NCBI GenBank assembly: GCA_046757725.1
Contig: JBHHYU010000008.1
Coordinates: forward strand, 230 to 64,229
Source: Candidatus Binatia bacterium
GTDB taxonomy: Bacteria > Desulfobacterota > Binatia > UBA9968
DNA length: 64,000 bases
Direction of reading: 5' to 3'
In this document: one piece after another, positions 57,847 to 64,000 of the stretch
How the letters are laid out: every line of letters starts with the position of its first letter
How positions within the stretch are numbered: the stretch's first letter is position 1
Position numbers and translations under genes: made by a program
Notes under the pieces: model-generated
Databases searched by the model: none
What the model was told of the DNA's origin: nothing
What the model saw: only the letters and a program-made list of their open reading frames with translations

Positions 57847-58713
57847 TTAGAAGTTGATCCCTACATACGGCCCTACCTGCAGGTTGTTCACGTTGATTTG
57901 GTTCCTGTCTTTGTTGAAATAATTGAAGCTAAAGGCCACACCAAGGCTAAACTGCCTTGCCAATACATATTCAACTCCGGCGCCTGAAGTCCCACCCACA
58001 GTTAGATACGTGACTCCATTGGATGGCGGGGAGTTTACCTGGAAGGCTAATCCAACAGGAATGAGGTAAGGTCGAACATTTCGTAACCAAGGAGCGACTT
58101 CTCCCAGATTGTCAAACCGGTATTTAGGTGACACGGCAATCTTGTATAGATTCTGGCTCCCGTTACTGCTCAAACCCAGAATACCGGAGGTTTTGTTACG
58201 CATGCCGCTAAAATCCATGGAGATCTGGCCTACCAAGGTATTGTTAAACCAGGGATCCTTGAGAAGAGGAATATCCAGGGCGGCGCCAACCATCCACCCA
58301 TCCTTGCCGCCATTTGTATTAAAAGCACTTTTGGCAGGACCGTCGAGGTGAGTATATCCACTTCTAAAAGATACCTGACCACCCCACAATTTTTTGTCCC
58401 GCCCAGGTATGCTGGCAGACACCAGAGCGGATGGAACGGCCAGCGGCATTCCGTTATGCCCGTCTCGAGTCGATGCCACGATGGTTCCTCTTCCTGTTGA
58501 AACGAGCTGGGGCCTCGCCGCTAGGCGTGCCTCTATACGCGCCTCCAGTTTTTCGAGTTTTTTGAGCTTAGCGTCAACGCGAGCCTCAAGGGCCTCTAAC
58601 CTTTTAATCTTGGTACCCGCGTCTTGAACCTGAGCCATAGCCCCCTGAGGTAACAAGCTTAGAAACGCTAGCAGAAGAAAACTTTGCAGGAAGTTTTTAA
58701 TTAACTTTCCCAT
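57847..58713 (-). CDS. Putative outer-membrane beta-barrel protein with N-terminal coiled-coil segment
   Basis: A Sec signal (MGKLIKNFLQSFLLLAFLSLLPQGAMA), a coiled-coil stretch (KIKRLEALEARVDAKLKKLEKLEARIEARLA), then an amphipathic beta-rich region ending in the aromatic residue ...GINF. Confidence 0.4.
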   Translation of the reverse strand: MGKLIKNFLQSFLLLAFLSLLPQGAMAQVQDAGTKIKRLEALEARVDAKLKKLEKLEARIEARLAARPQLVSTGRGTIVASTRDGHNGMPLAVPSALVSASIPGRDKKLWGGQVSFRSGYTHLDGPAKSAFNTNGGKDGWMVGAALDIPLLKDPWFNNTLVGQISMDFSGMRNKTSGILGLSSNGSQNLYKIAVSPKYRFDNLGEVAPWLRNVRPYLIPVGLAFQVNSPPSNGVTYLTVGGTSGAGVEYVLARQFSLGVAFSFNYFNKDRNQINVNNLQVGPYVGINF

Positions 58714-59242
58714 AGCGGACCTCCCTTGAACTAACAATAAATGAACTGACAATAAAATTACAAAACGCCATAATCTTAAATTAACTCCAAAAGGCCCCTA
58801 AAAGTTCCTTAAAAAGCAGAAAAAACTCAAAAGATGCAAAAACCGCACATTTAAAAACTGACGGACGCAAGCCCTTCTCCACGGCTATCGTCACCGCACC
58901 GTGATACACTAGGCCCTCTTTCCAGACCACAGGGACAACTGCATAATTCCGAGTTCGGGTTATCGTATCTCTCGCAACCTTGTCAAGAGAAATTCCCCTC
59001 AAATTTGATCTTTCCAACTAATGGAGTATGTGCTAACAACGAAGCCCTAATCACTTGTATTAAAAGGATTATCAATGACCAAAGGCCCTCTCCTAACGTA
59101 CCCATAGGTCTCCCTTACTCAGGGCAGAACTCTTGTCGCGCTAGGCCGGGCCCTGGCCTTGGTATTCCCGCTCAAGCCCTCAATACAAATAAGGAAATAC
59201 GGGAAAACCAGGAGTTGAGGGAGAAGAAAAGGAACTTTCCAA

Positions 59243-59980
59243 ATGAAGATTAAAGACCAGGCTGCCATCGTGACGGGAGGTGGGAGTGGACTCGGTCGCG
59301 CTATGGCCCTGGGGCTAGCCCGTGAAGGGGCCAGGGTTCTCATCGCTGACGCCCGAGAGGCCGAAGGAAGGAAAGTCCTGGCAGAGATTCGATCGCTGGG
59401 TGGTGATGGTGATCTCTTCGTCGGAGATCTCAGCCAAGAGAAAATGGCACAACAGATGGTGAATCTCTCCGTCCAGCAACTAAAAGGTGTGGACATCCTT
59501 ATTAACAACGCCGGCCTGAGAATGGAAAAACATGAGGACCGCATTTACGAATCCTGGAGATGTCTGGAGATGCGACACACCCACGAACTCCCGGTTGAGG
59601 AGTGGGACCTTGTTCTCAACGTCAATCTCAGGGCGGTCTTTCTCTGTACTCACTTTGCTCTTCCATACATGATCCACCAGAGAAGCGGAACCATCATCAG
59701 CATATCGTCCAATGCAGGAAACCGAGGAGTCTCCGGAAAGAGCGCCTACTGCGCCCCCAAACATGCCATTGAGGGTCTTATGAAAACCGTTGCTGAAGAG
59801 GTGCGTCCATACGGAGTCAGCGCTAATGCCATTCATCCGGGCAGCCGGGTCGACGTGGACGGTCGCGGAGGACAATCCCCCGATGTGGTCGTACCCTTGG
59901 TCTTGTTTCTAGCCGAACAGGATAAACCCCTTATGAGCGGAAGAACTATCAACGCAAGGGATTGGAACAAGGAAAAATAA
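59243..59980 (+). CDS. Short-chain dehydrogenase/reductase (SDR) family oxidoreductase
   Basis: The cofactor-binding motif TGGGSGLGRA and the catalytic YCAPKHA (YxxxK). Confidence 0.8.
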   Translation: MKIKDQAAIVTGGGSGLGRAMALGLAREGARVLIADAREAEGRKVLAEIRSLGGDGDLFVGDLSQEKMAQQMVNLSVQQLKGVDILINNAGLRMEKHEDRIYESWRCLEMRHTHELPVEEWDLVLNVNLRAVFLCTHFALPYMIHQRSGTIISISSNAGNRGVSGKSAYCAPKHAIEGLMKTVAEEVRPYGVSANAIHPGSRVDVDGRGGQSPDVVVPLVLFLAEQDKPLMSGRTINARDWNKEK

Positions 59981-60041
59981 AACTGCTATAATCCTGGGAG
60001 AGTATATAAACTCGCGCTGTGAGTCATCGGCGAAACACTTT

Positions 60042-60596
60042 ATGATCCGTGTATCACCAAAATTGTCGGTTAGGCATATTATAATTCTGCTCACTAGCGT
60101 CTGGGTCATTTCGTTAATATTTGGAGGCACAGCCATGGCTATGGAACTCAAAAGCTCTGCGTTTCAGAATAGTGAGAGCATTCCGCGTCGCTATACATGC
60201 GACGGGGCTGATCTGTCCCCTCCCTTGAACTGGCAAAATCCCCCTCCCGGGACCAAGGGCTTTGCGCTGATTGTCGATGATCCGGATGCTCCTATCGGAA
60301 CATGGGTTCACTGGGTCATCTATGACTTGCCTGCAGAAACCAAAGAGTTGGCTGAGGGAATCTCCCCGTCAGAAATCCTACCCAACGGGGCCAAACAGGG
60401 GATCAACGATTTTAGAAAGGTCGGCTACGGCGGCCCATGCCCACCACATGGACCGGCCCATCGTTACTTTTTTAAACTCTACGCTCTGGATGAACAGACA
60501 AACCTAAAGCCCAGGCCCACGAAAGGACAACTCCTTGACGCTATCAAAGGACACACGCTCAGCGAGACCCAACTCATAGGGCACTATAAGCGATAG
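60042..60596 (+). CDS. YbhB/YbcL-family PEBP (Raf-kinase-inhibitor-like) protein with signal peptide
   Basis: A conserved PEBP core (DPDAP...WVHWV...RYFFKLYALD) and an N-terminal hydrophobic signal. Confidence 0.75.
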   Translation: MIRVSPKLSVRHIIILLTSVWVISLIFGGTAMAMELKSSAFQNSESIPRRYTCDGADLSPPLNWQNPPPGTKGFALIVDDPDAPIGTWVHWVIYDLPAETKELAEGISPSEILPNGAKQGINDFRKVGYGGPCPPHGPAHRYFFKLYALDEQTNLKPRPTKGQLLDAIKGHTLSETQLIGHYKR

Positions 60597-60637
60597 GCCC
60601 GGCCTCGCACCCGACGGAGAAATCACAGGCTCTGACT

Positions 60638-61447
60638 TTGGCGCACTACCAACGCCGAGTCTCCAAACGTGCATTTTTTATTGACACCGCGGCGCTTTTG
60701 CAAATACTATCCGGAAGCGGCGCGATAAGACGGAACGCGTTGCGCGGAGATGTTTGGCTACCGCTCGAGTTTAGCAGAATGGGAACACAGAGCTTTGTAG
60801 ATTCAGTCGTCCGGGAAATCATTCAGCCGGGAGTTCAAGGATTAATGGACAGCCGTTACTTCCTTGAGCTTAGGGAAGGGAAGCTCTCCACCCGGAGACT
60901 CCGGGGTTGGGCCCTCCAGCATTATCTTCACAACGTCGCGCTCTGTAAAGGCTTCGCCCTCTGCATGGCGAAACATGCTCATGATCCGTTCCTCTACGAC
61001 TACTTCTCGAAACAGCTGCGCGAGGAACAACCCCATCCGGAGCTGGCCAAGCAATTCGGACTCGCCCTAGGTTTAACGGAAGAGGATTTCGATAACGCCG
61101 TGCCGGTCTACGAATGTCTGGCACATACAAGCGCCGTTATCCGCACTATGTTTTTGGGTTCTCCGGAAGAGAACCGTGCTTCAGCTCTGGTTAACGAAAG
61201 TATGGTCCTGCGTTACTCCGGCGAATTCAACAACTACCTGCGCAAGCACTACGGGCTTAACGACGAGGCCCTGGAGTTCTTTACGGTTCACGCCGTTGCA
61301 GACAAGGAGCACACCGTACAGGCGGCCAGAGTTATGGAACGTTATGCCAGCACTCCTTTGAAGCAGTGCCTGGCACGGGAAACCGCGCATCATATGGTTA
61401 GATTCAAGCTCGGAAAATTCGATGGGATCTACAAGGAATATGCCTAG
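60638..61447 (+). CDS. Hypothetical all-alpha protein, possibly a haem-oxygenase-like fold (TenA/PqqC/CADD-type iron-containing redox enzyme)
   Basis: The composition is helical, and spaced His/Glu residues (HYLHN..., HAVADKEH) recall that fold from memory. The true start may be the Met at 60779. Confidence 0.3.
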   Translation: MAHYQRRVSKRAFFIDTAALLQILSGSGAIRRNALRGDVWLPLEFSRMGTQSFVDSVVREIIQPGVQGLMDSRYFLELREGKLSTRRLRGWALQHYLHNVALCKGFALCMAKHAHDPFLYDYFSKQLREEQPHPELAKQFGLALGLTEEDFDNAVPVYECLAHTSAVIRTMFLGSPEENRASALVNESMVLRYSGEFNNYLRKHYGLNDEALEFFTVHAVADKEHTVQAARVMERYASTPLKQCLARETAHHMVRFKLGKFDGIYKEYA

Positions 61448-62061
61448 GTGTAACGGAAGCCACTGTTTTTTATTTAAGCTCATTCCCCAGTACAGTGCAT
61501 CTGACTCGGAGACGTTATAGTCTAGAGGTCTGTTTGTGTAAGCCTCGTGCTCTGACGATCGCTTCTACGAACGGCTTAGGGTGGCGATCAATACTTACCC
61601 TGCTCATGGCGAGAACCGGTGCCAACGGGGCGTACCTAATCACTAGTGACGTGGATGAAAGGGATCGGCCTTTCCTCATCGGCGAGAAAACAACAGACGG
61701 ATTTTTCAGGACAAGGGGGAGGTTAGAGACGGCTACCGCGAGAGGGTTGGCCTATCCGCTTTATGCTGATATGCTTTCGCGTGAAATGGCGAAACAGGAT
61801 TTGAACGAGCCGAAAAAGTTTGCGGCCAAAATTCTTAGCGAATTTCCATACGGATTTGAGGCCTACAACGGCTTTCCCTCAAGTCCGTGAAGGTAGGATA
61901 CTTCGACAAGGCATTCGGGGGCCGATCACATGGGGGCCTCTTCTATCCTGACTCTTAGGGGGACCACTGAAGACGCACATTTTAGCCGGGATATTAACGT
62001 TGCCGGTATACGGCTTTCAGCGTACCAAAGAATAAATAAACTCAGGGGGTTAAACAAATCT

Positions 62062-63237
62062 ATGATTTCACCGCTCAAACTTCCACAGAGAATTCTTCTA
62101 GGACCGGGTCCCAGCAATGTACACTCGGCGGTACTGAAGGCGCTCTCAGCTCCAGTGGTAGGCCATCTCGATCCCGAGTTCTTTAATATCATGGAAGAGA
62201 ACAAGGAGATGCTTCGGTGGCTCTTCCAAACCAAAAATGAACTCACCTTTCCGGTTTCCGGAACAGGCAGTGCCGGTATGGAGACATGCCTGGTGAACCT
62301 GATCGAGGAAGGAGATCCTGTCCTGGTAGGCATCAACGGGGTTTTCGGTACGCGTATGGCGGACGTCGTCGAACGCTGTGGGGGAAAGCTTATCCGCGTG
62401 GAGGCTCCCTGGGGCGAGATCATCCGGCCCGAACAGATTGCAAGGGTACTTAAACAGAACCCGGTTAAGATCGTAAGCCTCGTTCACGCTGAGACCTCTA
62501 CTGGCATCTGGCAACCCGTGGAGGAAATTTCAAGGATGGTCCATGACGCCGGGGCACTTCTGGTTCTCGATACGGTAACCTCTTTGGGTGGCTGTCCGGT
62601 CACCTTGGATACCTGGCACGTGGATGCCTGTTATAGTGGCACCCAGAAATGTCTTAGTTGCCCTCCGGGACTCTCTCCTGCCTCCTTCAATGATGCAGCG
62701 CGGAAAAAATTTGAAAATCGCAAGAAAAAAGTCAAGAGTTGGTACCTGGATGTCACAATGATCGAACGCTACTGGGGAAAAGAGAGAGTTTATCACCACA
62801 CGGCACCGGTCTCCATGAATTATGGCCTCCACGAGGCTCTGCGTTTGGTCAAGGAAGAGGGACTGAAAGTAAGGTTCCGCCGTCACGAGCTGAACCACAA
62901 AGCCCTTGCAGCCGGCCTCCAAGCCCTGGGAATACAGCTCGCATCGCAGGGCGGCCACCGCCTGTGGATGCTCAATAGCGTAGCGATTCCGGAAGGTGCA
63001 AAAGACTCTGAGGTCCGAAAAAGACTACTCCAAGAATTCAGTATTGAGATCGGTTCCGGCCTGGGATCGTTGGCGGGAAAGACATGGCGCATTGGCCTGA
63101 TGGGAGAATCCAGCAGAAAAGAGTACGTTATTAAATTACTCCGGGCCCTGGGTGATATCCTCCCTGATTACGGTCTCAAGGCTTCTGCCAAGGAGGCAGT
63201 CGCTGCAGCAGAGGAGACTTACCGACTCAATCAGTAA
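62062..63237 (+). CDS. Class-V aminotransferase (serine-pyruvate / alanine-glyoxylate aminotransferase family)
   Basis: The N-terminus LLGPGPSNV, a PLP-fold, and the Lys context SGTQKCLS. The start is set at the ATG at 62062, which has an AGGGGG ribosome-binding site; the ORF track extends further upstream. Confidence 0.75.
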   Translation: MISPLKLPQRILLGPGPSNVHSAVLKALSAPVVGHLDPEFFNIMEENKEMLRWLFQTKNELTFPVSGTGSAGMETCLVNLIEEGDPVLVGINGVFGTRMADVVERCGGKLIRVEAPWGEIIRPEQIARVLKQNPVKIVSLVHAETSTGIWQPVEEISRMVHDAGALLVLDTVTSLGGCPVTLDTWHVDACYSGTQKCLSCPPGLSPASFNDAARKKFENRKKKVKSWYLDVTMIERYWGKERVYHHTAPVSMNYGLHEALRLVKEEGLKVRFRRHELNHKALAAGLQALGIQLASQGGHRLWMLNSVAIPEGAKDSEVRKRLLQEFSIEIGSGLGSLAGKTWRIGLMGESSRKEYVIKLLRALGDILPDYGLKASAKEAVAAAEETYRLNQ

Positions 63238-63289
63238 ACACCCAGGCTGGAATTTGATAACTGGAAAACAGGTGATTTGGGGCTAGGCC

Positions 63290-63907
63290 TCAGTTTCTTC
63301 TCTTGATGAACATGGCGTCGTCCCGGTGTATAAACCCGGGAGGGTTGCCATGCTTGGACCGGACCTCAAGCCACTCTCCAACAGACTTCACGACAGTGAC
63401 CCTTGTTCTCTTTTGGATGGTCATCACTTTTCGGGAAGCCCCCGATGGCCGTTCAAAAACAGTGGTGTCTCGTATAACTTCATAGGTTCCCGGATCAGCC
63501 GACCGCCTACGGAATCCAGGTGATGCGGGTTCCGTACGTCTTTGGGTAGCCCTCCGTCTAGCTTGCATCTGAGTCGCTGTCAATTGCTTTATCGTCTCTT
63601 TTGCCCCTTTTAACCTCTCCCGAGCAGAGGAAAGTGACTCCGCATCCTTTTTCACCCGGGCTTTTAACTGTCCGACCTGTTTTGAGTTCTCCTCCAGTTC
63701 CTTCCGAAGCTCGCTGATCTGAGCATTTCTTTCCTCGATCTGTCTCTCTTTCTTTTCCAGTTCCCCTGTCTTTTCTTCAAGTGATGCAGTGAGTCGTTCA
63801 CTGTCCTCTTGGGTTCCGACCATACTTAGGCCCACCCAGAAAGCTCCCACGGCAACAACCAATACGATGAGAATGTAGCTCCATGTATCCCGGGATTTCT
63901 TTTCCAT
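63290..63907 (-). CDS. Membrane-anchored coiled-coil protein with C-terminal bacterial SH3-like domain
   Basis: An N-terminal TM helix, a long coiled coil (ELEKKERQIEERNAQISELRKELEEN), and a C-terminal VTVVKSVGEWLEVRS...GFIH SH3b-like motif. Confidence 0.45.
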   Translation of the reverse strand: MEKKSRDTWSYILIVLVVAVGAFWVGLSMVGTQEDSERLTASLEEKTGELEKKERQIEERNAQISELRKELEENSKQVGQLKARVKKDAESLSSARERLKGAKETIKQLTATQMQARRRATQRRTEPASPGFRRRSADPGTYEVIRDTTVFERPSGASRKVMTIQKRTRVTVVKSVGEWLEVRSKHGNPPGFIHRDDAMFIKRRN

Positions 63908-64000
63908 ACATTACCTCCCTCAAAAGTACCTTGACATGATTTGCGTTCTCCGTCACAAAAAACCCCCTGAAGTTCTTTATGCTAGGTATCACTCACCTTT

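Noticed and set aside
61790-61830. tRNA-like T-arm sequence (GGATTTGAAC / GTTCAAATCC)
   Set aside because: The flanking bases do not form a T-stem or acceptor stem, so no cloverleaf can be built.
61495-61890. 131-aa ORF as a protein-coding gene
   Set aside because: Its composition is unlike surrounding proteins and there is no domain or ribosome-binding site. It is treated as a possible non-coding region in the findings, not as a gene.
1-64000. CRISPR arrays, IS elements, integrases, rRNA/tRNA genes
   Set aside because: I found no short direct-repeat arrays, no transposase or integrase-like ORFs, and no rRNA- or tRNA-like sequences in intergenic gaps. Gene density and tight junctions indicate a core chromosomal region.

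Overview
The window is a GC-rich bacterial chromosomal segment with no rRNA, tRNA, CRISPR or mobile element that I can support; apparent operon junctions are tight, often with ATGA overlaps. All calls are from reading the translations and DNA by eye; no similarity searches were run.

Positions 1-22,977 (+ strand) hold an unusually dense respiratory block:
- An Alternative Complex III-like actA(partial)-B-C-D-F-E cluster plus a dihaem cytochrome c.
- A Tat-exported NapA-like molybdoenzyme with a NapG/NapH-like ferredoxin trio.
- An Rrf2/NsrR-like regulator flanked by an exact 11-mer repeat.
- A periplasmic-type, Nitrospira/Nitrospina/anammox-like nitrite oxidoreductase or nitrate reductase module: a dihaem-cyt-c::EB_dh-fused gamma subunit, a ~1160-aa Tat alpha subunit, a translationally coupled small Cys-containing ORF, a 421-aa NxrB-like beta subunit, a TorD/NarJ chaperone, and a coupled HExxH/Zn-ribbon protein.

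Positions 23,083-26,081 (+) encode a Cys-less thiolase::DUF35 fusion (Ltp2-like aldolase candidate), a GntR regulator and a glutamine amidotransferase.

Positions 26,100-50,600 are mostly on the minus strand and are housekeeping genes: RND pump, rnc, mtaB-like, cysE, cimA, lysC, tsaE, nnr, pdxJ, glmM, cdaR-cdaA (c-di-AMP), folP, ftsH, tilS, UbiD, an AttH/CrtC-like protein, and a rhodanese.

Positions 51,133-57,825 (-) encode a form-I (AYRCSFR motif) Mo-Cu CO dehydrogenase coxMSL. Its maturation genes are non-canonical: XdhC::YHS, MocA and XdhC, with no CoxD or CoxE homologue in the window.

The window ends with an outer-membrane protein, an SDR oxidoreductase, a PEBP protein, a haem-oxygenase-like unknown, a class-V aminotransferase and an SH3b membrane protein.

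The most interesting candidates for undescribed biology are:
- the NXR-like module with its fused gamma subunit and coupled accessory ORFs;
- the NapH/CcoG-like membrane ferredoxin carrying a His-rich periplasmic extension;
- the YHS-XdhC fusion as a possible copper-delivery factor for the CO dehydrogenase.
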